A DNA stretch of 64,000 nucleotides from a virus, in the IMG/VR virus record IMGVR_UViG_3300030419_004788, positions 58,977 to 122,976 of that record; one strand, written 5' to 3'. Position numbers and translations under genes: made by a program. Position 1 is the stretch's first letter, and each line of letters opens with the position of its first letter. Shown in pieces: positions 1-10,287 of this stretch. Below the pieces are notes generated by a model. It was not told the origin of the DNA. It did not search any database and saw nothing but the letters and a program-made list of their open reading frames with translations.

Positions 1-3000
1 AATGCAATCAGGATTCGTACAACATCGTTCTGTGTTTTTATCGTAACATGTCCCACCACAACATTGCTGGTCTGTTCCGGGAACATCAGGACAACAAACA
101 CAATCATAGGGAAAGTCCATATCATATTTACAACAACAAGACTCTGAGCCAGAGTCAGCATTAACCATGTCTGGACACATGGTGTTGTTTTGGCAACAGT
201 GTGAACCATAGTCTGGTCCTCCATCTCGATTGTCGTAACATATTCCGTTACAACATCCAGAGTCTGGATGCCCATACGGGTCGGGATTAACTTTTTTATT
301 CCAACCAGTACTTTCTGTACAGAAACATTCCTCTGTAGTACCCAACCATTTACAAGGAAGAACACATTGTCCAGTTATTTCACAACATTCCTTTCTAAGC
401 ATATGTACACCATTACAACATTCATCATAATCAGGGTCATTCTCATAGCACGCGCCCTTTCCTTCCCAACCACAGTGATTCACTCCTTCGCATGGCGACC
501 CACCTTCACTATTTCGATATAGACAAGGACAATCTTGTCCTGTAAATGCACCAATTGCATCAACATCCACACCATCACATCCTTGTACTGTTGAACAACA
601 AACCCAGTTTCCAGTCGCTGTGCAATTAAAGTCATTTTCTGGGTCGTAACTTATATTACCACCACAATCCCACTCCATTGCCCATCCTGTACAACATTCT
701 CCAAACCATTCTGGTTCGTGTTCGTGTCCAGGCTTGGGTTCACCGGCATCATTACACTCATTTGCAACACAGTTATAACCCATCTCAGTACCGCACACTC
801 TCGGAATAACATAGGAATCCCCATTGCAGTGGTATCTTTCTTCCCAACCACAACAATTTACATTACCATCCCAGCCAGGACAACACGATTCGGGGGTTTG
901 TATCGGGTCACCCAATTTGTCTACTGCATCTGGAATAGTGTTGCCGTTATCACAACAAAGTTTTTCTTTAGAATCAGCACCTTGAATACTCAGACAACAA
1001 GTTTCACCCGGATGAGTGATTATATTATTTTCAATATGTGGATTTAGACAACACGATGGGTCGGGGTCATGCAAAGAATGAGCGCAACATGATTCTCCAG
1101 GTTGAGTCCACTTTGTTTTACATGTTTGATTTGCCCTGAACTGGTAAGAACCATCATCAACAGGACAAGTATTATGGTCTGTAATATAACAACCAACATC
1201 ACCCTCTGTGCCTGTGGGGAAACATGCACCCCAATCGCAAAAACCTGCTGGACCAGGCAAATCATTCCATTGTCCACCAATACCGATACATCCATTTACA
1301 GTATTACATCTACTGCACCAACACTTTCCTGTGTTAGAATCCCACATACCACCCCAAGTATTACATCCACTTTCTTGATAACAATTTTGACATCCACATT
1401 CTATAATGTTCGCACTGCCAGTACATGGGTCGGGGTTATCATCATAGAATATACCACCCTCTTTACAACATGTAGCGGGTTCATAACCAATACCATCAAA
1501 CCATTCAGAGAAACAACAATACTCTGCATCACCATGCCCATCTACTTGCCGTGTACCACCACAACATTTTCCACTTGCAGAGCCGCAACATTCTTGTCCA
1601 GGCATACAACAATTTGCAGGGTCGCCACTCCCCATAGTTGAACCACAATAAAAACCACCAGGACAATCTGTTGGCCAGTATCCGCAACATCTTTCTTCTA
1701 CACAATCACCATCAATACATGTCCAACCGCATGTATCTTCACATTCAAAAGTAACTGGACCACCAACACCAAAACAATCTGTTCCAATTCCACAATCGTT
1801 TACCCCATCACCATCTAAATCTAAACACCCGTTACAGTTTGGAAAATCCCCTTCTTGTTGTGCTGGTCTACAACATCTATAGAATACACTTCTCATCCAC
1901 GGTGGATTGTTTGAATCGATATTTTCACAATCATCTAATGGACTAGGTTCAAATGGATGCCAACAAGTTCCACTACATTGACCACCAAACTGTGGCCAAT
2001 ATGGTAAACATGAATCACCACCTGCCCAACAACAACAACAATATTGTGATGGCTCCCAACACATAAATGCTGTCATAATGTCACATACACTATCACACCC
2101 ATGAAATCCACCACCTCCTGCTTGACATGAACCCTCTGTGGTGTGTATGCATCGTGCGAAAGGTGTATTTGGGTCTACACAACATGCACCATAACAACTA
2201 CCTACATTACAATCTATACATTGTCCTGGATTTGATAAATCATTTTTCTGGTCACCACATTCTCCATTACAACAGCAAGAACCATCTGGACAATCAGAAT
2301 CAGTTGCACAAAGTTCACCAGGGCACACTTCACATACTCCATCATCATTACAACAGAATTGATACCCACCAAAAAGACAATCAGGAACTGGTCCAGTGCC
2401 CACACAACCAGCGCAACAAGAGAAATCACTTGATAAATTTTCACATGTAGTATTGGAGAAAGAACCTCCCGATGCCGTACATGATTCTTGTGTACTATCA
2501 TTTAAAACTGACTCACCATCCACACAAGTACAGCAACAACCACCGCATGAAATTGTATCACAAGATGTACCACTTCCTTGAAATTCACCACCACATGCAC
2601 TTTCTTCTGTCATGGAACATACACCATCAGTGCAACATGCACCAAAACCAAAATTACAAATGCTTGATTTTCCACATTGACAACTTCCTATTGAAGCATC
2701 TGGACAAACGCCTGAGTGCCAACTACCACCAATATATTCACACTCTGAGAATGTTAAATTTTTACAACAGTTAGTTTGTTCTTCTATAGGAGCATCACAA
2801 CAATTACACTGTGAAGAATTTAAACAACAAATTCCTGTGTCACCAAAACAACAAATATCCGTTTCACAGTCAGTTCCTGGTCCCATGAATATACCACCAA
2901 CAGATAAACATTCTTGATTTGTTACATCATAACATTGTTCAAGTTGTTCAAGACAACATGCTCCAACTACAACACTATGGTCGCAACAATCAACACTTCC

Positions 3001-4443
3001 ACAAACACCACCTTCTACTGGAACACCACCTAAAACATATTTGCAAATATTTGATGACACTGAACCAAGTTCACTAGAACCTATACTATCTGCAACACAG
3101 ACACCATCTTTACAACAAGCAATTTCATCACAAGGGCTTGCACACAAATCTTCCATGATATAACAATCAATTGGTATTGGAGTTTCTAGTTCTTTTAAGT
3201 ACCATGCACCATCTTCTGTTTCTGCATCTTCATAATATAAATGAGTCCAGAAACTCCCACCAAAGTAATTACATTCTGCTAAACCCTTTCCTTCTACACA
3301 AATACCAGTTCCAATATAATTTCCCCAATTTCCACCATCACTACAGCAAATTCCTTCAGCAGTTCTTCCACAATTTTCTGAACAGTCAGAAAGCATATTC
3401 CATATTGCCATATTCTTTTCTTCACATATATTTTTTGTTGTATATTCTATACATTGATTTTCGCCTTGGTCATCAACAAAACAACAAGAACCAATGTTTA
3501 TTATACCATCACAATCTCCCTCTGATACTCCATATCCTCTAACTGTAAATGAAGCATTCCATGTAGAACCGCCATCGGTACTTATAAAGTTTATAATATC
3601 TTCTGCACAAGAAAAGTATGCATCATCTTCATCAAAATAGACATTTACTGGCCAGTCCCATATATTATTACTTTGCATAATAATTGTAAAACTAAATACT
3701 TCATCTGAATTAAAGTCACCAGTAAATCCTGCAATCCCTATTGGTGTACTAACTTTATATACAGAAGCGTGTCTGACTTCTAATTGTATTCCTGTTCCAT
3801 CGCCAGCAGTTGGACCAGAATTATCCCAGATTCCACCAGTAATTCCAACAATTTCAACAGATTCTATTTCTGGTAAAAATATAATATTTTCTTCTGGGTC
3901 TAGTGTCACATTATTATCTAAAGACATTATACCACCAGACTCGAAAGTCAACCCCGATGCACTAGCAGTTCCCCCATCAGAAAGATATAAGAATCTGTCT
4001 GTAGCAAGTGTTCCCGCAGATGATACTTGTTTACTATTATCACCACTGATTGCAATTGTTTTACTATCTTGTGAAAGATAAACAGAAACAGAACCATCTG
4101 AAGTGATTCCTCTGAACCACAATGTGGCACCAGTAACACCGTTACCCACTGTACTGAATACAGTTATACCATCACCGAGATTAACCCCATTAACAGTCCC
4201 TGTTGCTCCTGTAATCCCTGCAACACCCTTTATTTGGACTATAGAACCATCTGATAGGTTTAAATTTAAATATGGAAATTCTTTGCTAGTAGAAACAACA
4301 TGGATACCAGTTGCACCAGTATTTCCTGTAGCACCAGTTGCACCAGTATTTCCTGTAGGTCCAGCAACAGTAGCACCACTTGGACCTGATGGACCAATTG
4401 CGTTAAAGTCTGGTGTTATTGAACTACTTCCGATTACTGGCAT
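1..4443 (-). CDS. Giant Cys-rich (GACC-repeat) fibre protein with N-terminal collagen-like GxT repeats; >1481 aa, runs off the left edge; paralog of 4474-10242
   Basis: Not in the ORF track because no stop lies in the window. ATG at 4443 gives MPVIGSSSITPDFNAIGPSGPSG..., near-identical to the 1922 aa ORF. I spot-checked the frame as open at about 3700, 3200, 2600, 2430, 1050 and 1-60 (ends ...CGGTCYDKNTERCCTNPDCI). Confidence 0.85.
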   Translation of the reverse strand, partial: MPVIGSSSITPDFNAIGPSGPSGATVAGPTGNTGATGATGNTGATGIHVVSTSKEFPYLNLNLSDGSIVQIKGVAGITGATGTVNGVNLGDGITVFSTVGNGVTGATLWFRGITSDGSVSVYLSQDSKTIAISGDNSKQVSSAGTLATDRFLYLSDGGTASASGLTFESGGIMSLDNNVTLDPEENIIFLPEIESVEIVGITGGIWDNSGPTAGDGTGIQLEVRHASVYKVSTPIGIAGFTGDFNSDEVFSFTIIMQSNNIWDWPVNVYFDEDDAYFSCAEDIINFISTDGGSTWNASFTVRGYGVSEGDCDGIINIGSCCFVDDQGENQCIEYTTKNICEEKNMAIWNMLSDCSENCGRTAEGICCSDGGNWGNYIGTGICVEGKGLAECNYFGGSFWTHLYYEDAETEDGAWYLKELETPIPIDCYIMEDLCASPCDEIACCKDGVCVADSIGSSELGSVSSNICKYVLGGVPVEGGVCGSVDCCDHSVVVGACCLEQLEQCYDVTNQECLSVGGIFMGPGTDCETDICCFGDTGICCLNSSQCNCCDAPIEEQTNCCKNLTFSECEYIGGSWHSGVCPDASIGSCQCGKSSICNFGFGACCTDGVCSMTEESACGGEFQGSGTSCDTISCGGCCCTCVDGESVLNDSTQESCTASGGSFSNTTCENLSSDFSCCAGCVGTGPVPDCLFGGYQFCCNDDGVCEVCPGELCATDSDCPDGSCCCNGECGDQKNDLSNPGQCIDCNVGSCYGACCVDPNTPFARCIHTTEGSCQAGGGGFHGCDSVCDIMTAFMCWEPSQYCCCCWAGGDSCLPYWPQFGGQCSGTCWHPFEPSPLDDCENIDSNNPPWMRSVFYRCCRPAQQEGDFPNCNGCLDLDGDGVNDCGIGTDCFGVGGPVTFECEDTCGWTCIDGDCVEERCCGYWPTDCPGGFYCGSTMGSGDPANCCMPGQECCGSASGKCCGGTRQVDGHGDAEYCCFSEWFDGIGYEPATCCKEGGIFYDDNPDPCTGSANIIECGCQNCYQESGCNTWGGMWDSNTGKCWCSRCNTVNGCIGIGGQWNDLPGPAGFCDWGACFPTGTEGDVGCYITDHNTCPVDDGSYQFRANQTCKTKWTQPGESCCAHSLHDPDPSCCLNPHIENNIITHPGETCCLSIQGADSKEKLCCDNGNTIPDAVDKLGDPIQTPESCCPGWDGNVNCCGWEERYHCNGDSYVIPRVCGTEMGYNCVANECNDAGEPKPGHEHEPEWFGECCTGWAMEWDCGGNISYDPENDFNCTATGNWVCCSTVQGCDGVDVDAIGAFTGQDCPCLYRNSEGGSPCEGVNHCGWEGKGACYENDPDYDECCNGVHMLRKECCEITGQCVLPCKWLGTTEECFCTESTGWNKKVNPDPYGHPDSGCCNGICYDNRDGGPDYGSHCCQNNTMCPDMVNADSGSESCCCKYDMDFPYDCVCCPDVPGTDQQCCGGTCYDKNTERCCTNPDCI

Positions 4444-4473
4444 TTTTTATTCCTATAGAATCTCCATTTTTAT

Positions 4474-7400
4474 TTATGTTTCGTTTGTACATGCAGGATA
4501 TGGACAACCTTCCTCATCACATCCAATCCATTCACACCTTCCATCTGGAAGTTGAAGATATTGAATATTTCCACTTTCATACCATATAAAGGTACTGCAA
4601 CTGAGGGGGTCACATGTAATACAGTTATCCCAAAAACTACAATCCAAAGTTTCACAACCGCCTTCAGTTCCATCCGCAGGACACGCCCATGAGTTTGCAG
4701 TTGCTCTACAGCACGGTGACAACGACTCACAATACAAATGCGCCGAGTCTGGACTATCTGAATGATGAATAGGCACATCTGCACAACATGCATTACCCTC
4801 ACAATATTGGTCATATAAAGAACAACAACAACAACTATATGAAGGGAAACAGTCTTTCATATTGTCTTCACAAGTTGTGCCTAAACCTTTCCATACACAA
4901 TCAGAACCACTAATTTCACAACTGAACGCATCAGGTTTCAGTTCGCATTCGCAACTTGCATCATCATCCGAAGAACATCCACAACAACAAGCACCTTCTT
5001 GACTGCCCTGCTGACACACAACACTCCCGCAATCTACGAAGCCCTCCCACGAACCTTCATTTGTTTCACATTCATCTTCATTCAACTCATAACAAGTTTC
5101 ATTTATACAACAAGCACCAATTGTTGCACAAGGATTGTTGGTACAGTCTGAACCAGTACCTTCAAAGTCATTTGTACTACAATTATCAACAATTTCTACC
5201 GTACAATTTTCACCATCGCAACAAGCACCGCAACATTCATCATATTCAGCATCTCCTGGTGAGTAATCACCACAAGTTATAGTAGTACAATCAATACCAC
5301 ATAAATCATTTGTACAGACAGAACCCAGACCTTGAAATTCTCCACCTGCAGCGTCACACTGCCATTCTGGAACTCCCTCTAAACCGACTCCATCCGCACC
5401 TATACAAACCTTCCCAAATGTCGGTGATGTCAGACAACACGCACCGCAACATTCATCAAATTCATCATCTCCTGGCGACCAATCACCACAATCTATGGTG
5501 CTACAATCGAGAGTACACTCTGATTGATAATCATTACATGTACTTCCACACCCTTTCCAAACATAACCACTGGTAGTACAGTTTGATGGGATTTCTTCAG
5601 AACAATTAGCACCACAACAATCATCATCCCAACAACATGCACCAGTAGATACTAAACAGTTCGTTCTTGTTGCACATGACTTTTCTTCAAATTGACCTCC
5701 AAAATCATAACATTCAGAACTCAACAAATTATCTTCACAAACAACACAACCATTGTCAATTTGTATGTAACAACAAGAACCATAACAACTATCGATACAA
5801 TCATTACAATCATGAATTATACTATCACAATCGTATGCATTTCCTTGAATAATCTCATCACAACTATATGGACAATTATTATTACAACAATACTTTTGTG
5901 GACAGGTAATACCAGCACAAGTATTTGCATCATTCCAATCACCGCCTGCGTCAGTGCAAACAGTGTCTACAATCCCCACCTCACAAGCACCCCAAGGCCA
6001 ACAACATCGACCAATTGTTATGTTATTGCAGTCAGTTCCTGGTTCATTATTACCATTACAGTCTGCTACACAACAAGTATTACAACCAAGCCAAGTTCCA
6101 CCTGCACCTTTACACGCATCCTCACTACCTCGTTGCTCACATGTTTCATCTGGCATACAACATGCACCATCATAAGATTCCGCAAGGCAGACCGGTCCAT
6201 TTGGAGGGCATAAATGCGTGCCACTAAATGTACCACCATTAGGACAACATTGTGACAATGTATCTTTGCAATCCGTTGGGTTTTCACAATCACCCCAACA
6301 ACATGCACCACAATCGTTACAAGGACAATCATTTGCACATACTTCATTAGGACGCCATATTATGTTTGAGTCTGTTCCCCATCCCACACAGTCAACCTCT
6401 AATACATGGTCGAAGCAAGTTATAGGGCAATCTCCAGCACATGGGCGTTCGCATATTGTACCGAAACGATGGTCACAACACATTCCATAAACTGGTTCAT
6501 CACATATAGTACCATCACCACATGAAGTATTTTTTCCTTTGAATTCATCACCTCTACCGTCACAAATTTCAAAAGTTGTTATATAACACCCACTACCACC
6601 AGAAGAACAACATGCACCTGTTATATCTGAATTACACCAAGTACTTGTTTCAATCCCAGAACAATCTAAATTTGCATCCCATAACCCAAATAATTCTTCA
6701 CATGCACATTCACGCATACTCTCACATACCACAGAACCTGTTCCATCGATATAACAACAGTGGCCATTCACTCCAACATCTAGACAACAAATAGTATTAG
6801 AGCATAATGTTCCTAATCCATGCCAATGATAAGTCCATTGGTTACATTGTTCTTCGGTTTCGATTGTACATGTACCTGTACTATAATCACAGCAAGCACC
6901 AGTTAATTGTTCAAGTTCATCCCCACAACATTTCCTTCCACCCACATCTTTAATCTGCTCGCATGTCAGGTAAGGATTCCATCGGTTACATGCTTCCCCA
7001 CCTCCTGCAACATTTAAACAATAGTCTTCGTCCCAAATAACTCCATCAAAACAAGCATATTCACAGGAATTACATTCTGGATAGTCATTCGAGGATTGTT
7101 TAAAACAACATGCACCGTATCCATTCCCGCTTGGTGGACATACGAAATCAACACATGTCGTTTGGTTGCCATGAAAAACTCCACCGAGAGTAGTGCAATC
7201 ATCCTGTGTGTCCACCATTTGACATTCATCTAGTACACAACATGCACCTATTACTGCATCACCACATGAAGTTGTATTACAAGATGTATTTGCTCCTTGC
7301 CAGTCGTTTATTGGCATCCCCCAACAATCACACTCGGTCATTTCAATACATGTCTTTGCATCTACATCTCCATAGCAACACGCACCTTCATCGACATCAT

Positions 7401-10242
7401 TACAGTTTTGCCAACAATCCACATCACCATCATTGCAATCAGAAGCATCACCGTAATATATTCCATTCAGTTTATCACAATCCGATTCTTCTCGAACAGT
7501 GCATTGTTGGTGGATGCAACATGCACCTGTTGGAATTAATTCACAATCAATGCATGTGTCTGTATCGTCCCCTTGATATACACCACCAATAGCATCACAT
7601 TGAGATTCTTCGTTTATAATACAAGTATATTTCCAACAACACGCACCTGTTGGTGTTACGGGACAATCAACTCCCTTACATGTAATACCGTCACCTTGAT
7701 ATACCCCATCGGCATCATTACATTCTTGTTCAGTATATACATCGACAGCATAACATGTACCATCAATACAACATGCACCTGTCGGGTCTGGAATAATACA
7801 AACATCATCTGAATCACAGTTTGTATTATCACCCTGATAAGTACCTTCTCCGCTTTCACAATTTCTCTGATTTGTTATAGAACATTTACCATTAATACAA
7901 CATGCACCTGTCGGGTCTGGAGTACCACAAGTGTCAGACTTACATTCTAATTCTCCCTGCCACTGACCATCATCATTAATACAGTCGGCTTCTGTTTCCG
8001 TTGTACAGGTATATCCTCTACAACAAGCACCAAATGGGTCTGATTCACACTCTAAACCATCAATACATTTTTTAGAATTCCATTTCCCACCAATTTCACC
8101 ACATTGACAAATATTTAAATCATCACATTGGAATGACTTTAACCCTGTGTCAAACCAACAGCATCCACCAACCGTATCATCCTCACAACACTTTATACCA
8201 TCACAACTATCAGAACCGTTCCAAGTATATCCAAGACTTAGACATATTGTTTCATCTTCTATATAACAATCACCATATCCTCTGCAACATGCACCAATAT
8301 CATCAGTTACCCATCCACATAATTCATCATCACAAGTACTATTATCTCCCATGTATTCACCACCAAGTAATGTTTGGCAATTATTTTTAGTTTGATTGTT
8401 ATAACATTGGTTTGTATAATCCCCATTAATACAACACGCACCTGTTGGTTCGTCTGGTTCTATACAAGATGAAGAAGTCCCACACTGACAACTACTATTT
8501 TCTATACAAGTTCCTTTTTTCCAACTACCTCCAATTCTTTGGCATATCGAATTATTTAAATTTTTACAACAGTTAGAATTTTCTTCTCTTGAGCCACAAC
8601 AATCACACGCATTAGAATTTAAACAACATATTCCTACCTCATCAGAGAAACAGCAAATATCATCTAAACATTCAGTATTTGGACCCATGAATATACCACC
8701 ACTTGTCGTACATTCTAATGCAGATGTTACAACACATCCTTCCATTTCTGGATAACAACATGCACCTTCCATCTTACTATAATTGCAACAATCTACTTCA
8801 CCACACACTGCGTTTTCTATTACTTGTCCACCAAAAACTCTTTTACATATTAGTGGTGAAACAGAACCATGTGTTGTACTTCCTATAGAATCACCAATAC
8901 ACATACCATCTTTACAACAAGCACTTTCTATACAGGGTTCTGCACATAATTTATCATAACCCGCTGGTAATTCCATAGTGCATTTAATTTCTTGTGGTTC
9001 TTCTAATAAATCCCCTTCAATATCATAATAGAAATAATCCCAGAAACTCCCACCAAAGTAATTACATTCTGCAATTCCTGCACCTTGAATACAGAGTCCA
9101 GTTCCATCAAACAATCCCCAATCACCACCTTCACTGCAACAAACACCTTCAGCAGTTCTTCCACAATTATCCGCACAGGAAGTCTGCGCTCCCCAAATTC
9201 CATGATTGAAGTCTTCCTTGCATGAATTTTGAGTAATATATTCTATACATTGTCGCATTCCATTACCATCAATAAAACAACAAGAACCAAATGTTTGTAT
9301 CCCATCACATTCTCCATACTCTGCACCATATCCTCTGGCAGCAAATGAAGCATTCCATGTAGTACCACCATCTGTTGTTATAAAATTGACTATATCTTCT
9401 GCACAAGAAAGGTATGCATCATCTTCATCAAAATAGACATTTGATGGGAAAGTCCATATGTGATTTCCATTAATAATAGCAGAGAAACTAAAGACTTCAC
9501 TAGAATTAAACTCCCCAGTAAATCCACCAATTCCTATAGGTGTATTAATTTTATATACTGAGGCATATCTAACTTCTAATTGTATTCCTTTACCATCCCC
9601 AGCAGTTTCTCCGCCTACAACAACTTCCCCGCCAGTAATTCCTACAATCTCACCAAAACTTTCAACAGAACCAATAGAGATAATATTTTCTTCTGGGTCT
9701 AGTGTCACAGTATTATCTAAAGACATTATACCACCAGATTCAAATGTTAATCCTGAAGCACTCGCAGTTCCTCCATCAGAAAGATATAAGAATCTATCAT
9801 CAGTAAGTGTTCCCGCAGATGATACTTGTTTACCAGTATCACCACTAATAGCAATAGTATTACTATCTTCAGATAAGTAGATAGAAACAGAACCATCAGA
9901 AGTGATTCCTCTAAACCATAATGTAGCACCAGTAACACCGTTGCCTACTGTACTAAATATTGTGATACCATCACCGAGATTAACACCACGAACTGAACCA
10001 GTAGAACCAGTTATTCCCGCAACTCCGTCTATTTGGACTATAGAACCATCTGATAGATGTAAATTTAAATATGGAAATTCTTTGCTAGTAGAAACAACAT
10101 GAATGCCTGTAGAACCAGTATTTCCTGTAGCACCAGTTGCACCAGTATTTCCTGTAGGTCCAGAAACAGTAGCACCACTTGGACCAGAAGGTCCTATTGC
10201 GTTAAAATCTGGTGTTACTGAACTGCTTCCGATTACTGGCAT
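4474..10242 (-). CDS. Giant Cys-rich (GACC-repeat) fibre protein, 1922 aa
   Basis: N-terminal GPTGNTGATGATG collagen-like triplets; tail-fibre-type motif WTFPSNVYF...DIVNFITTDGGTTW; then dozens of GACC...C...C..GG.(F/W).G..C repeats; TATAAATA late promoter upstream at 10276-10283. Confidence 0.85.
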   Translation of the reverse strand: MPVIGSSSVTPDFNAIGPSGPSGATVSGPTGNTGATGATGNTGSTGIHVVSTSKEFPYLNLHLSDGSIVQIDGVAGITGSTGSVRGVNLGDGITIFSTVGNGVTGATLWFRGITSDGSVSIYLSEDSNTIAISGDTGKQVSSAGTLTDDRFLYLSDGGTASASGLTFESGGIMSLDNTVTLDPEENIISIGSVESFGEIVGITGGEVVVGGETAGDGKGIQLEVRYASVYKINTPIGIGGFTGEFNSSEVFSFSAIINGNHIWTFPSNVYFDEDDAYLSCAEDIVNFITTDGGTTWNASFAARGYGAEYGECDGIQTFGSCCFIDGNGMRQCIEYITQNSCKEDFNHGIWGAQTSCADNCGRTAEGVCCSEGGDWGLFDGTGLCIQGAGIAECNYFGGSFWDYFYYDIEGDLLEEPQEIKCTMELPAGYDKLCAEPCIESACCKDGMCIGDSIGSTTHGSVSPLICKRVFGGQVIENAVCGEVDCCNYSKMEGACCYPEMEGCVVTSALECTTSGGIFMGPNTECLDDICCFSDEVGICCLNSNACDCCGSREENSNCCKNLNNSICQRIGGSWKKGTCIENSSCQCGTSSSCIEPDEPTGACCINGDYTNQCYNNQTKNNCQTLLGGEYMGDNSTCDDELCGWVTDDIGACCRGYGDCYIEDETICLSLGYTWNGSDSCDGIKCCEDDTVGGCCWFDTGLKSFQCDDLNICQCGEIGGKWNSKKCIDGLECESDPFGACCRGYTCTTETEADCINDDGQWQGELECKSDTCGTPDPTGACCINGKCSITNQRNCESGEGTYQGDNTNCDSDDVCIIPDPTGACCIDGTCYAVDVYTEQECNDADGVYQGDGITCKGVDCPVTPTGACCWKYTCIINEESQCDAIGGVYQGDDTDTCIDCELIPTGACCIHQQCTVREESDCDKLNGIYYGDASDCNDGDVDCWQNCNDVDEGACCYGDVDAKTCIEMTECDCWGMPINDWQGANTSCNTTSCGDAVIGACCVLDECQMVDTQDDCTTLGGVFHGNQTTCVDFVCPPSGNGYGACCFKQSSNDYPECNSCEYACFDGVIWDEDYCLNVAGGGEACNRWNPYLTCEQIKDVGGRKCCGDELEQLTGACCDYSTGTCTIETEEQCNQWTYHWHGLGTLCSNTICCLDVGVNGHCCYIDGTGSVVCESMRECACEELFGLWDANLDCSGIETSTWCNSDITGACCSSGGSGCYITTFEICDGRGDEFKGKNTSCGDGTICDEPVYGMCCDHRFGTICERPCAGDCPITCFDHVLEVDCVGWGTDSNIIWRPNEVCANDCPCNDCGACCWGDCENPTDCKDTLSQCCPNGGTFSGTHLCPPNGPVCLAESYDGACCMPDETCEQRGSEDACKGAGGTWLGCNTCCVADCNGNNEPGTDCNNITIGRCCWPWGACEVGIVDTVCTDAGGDWNDANTCAGITCPQKYCCNNNCPYSCDEIIQGNAYDCDSIIHDCNDCIDSCYGSCCYIQIDNGCVVCEDNLLSSECYDFGGQFEEKSCATRTNCLVSTGACCWDDDCCGANCSEEIPSNCTTSGYVWKGCGSTCNDYQSECTLDCSTIDCGDWSPGDDEFDECCGACCLTSPTFGKVCIGADGVGLEGVPEWQCDAAGGEFQGLGSVCTNDLCGIDCTTITCGDYSPGDAEYDECCGACCDGENCTVEIVDNCSTNDFEGTGSDCTNNPCATIGACCINETCYELNEDECETNEGSWEGFVDCGSVVCQQGSQEGACCCGCSSDDDASCECELKPDAFSCEISGSDCVWKGLGTTCEDNMKDCFPSYSCCCCSLYDQYCEGNACCADVPIHHSDSPDSAHLYCESLSPCCRATANSWACPADGTEGGCETLDCSFWDNCITCDPLSCSTFIWYESGNIQYLQLPDGRCEWIGCDEEGCPYPACTNET

Positions 10243-10287
10243 TGTGTTTCATTCCTTGTAGAAGTTTCCATAATATATTTATATCAA

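Noticed and set aside
268-9938. Many 60-220 aa His/Asn/Thr/Gln-rich ORFs on the plus strand and in alternative minus frames (also 28200-30421)
   Set aside because: Shadows of the Cys-rich genes (TGT/TGC codons read as ACA/GCA/CAC on the other strand); no RBS, and they lie fully inside long ORFs.
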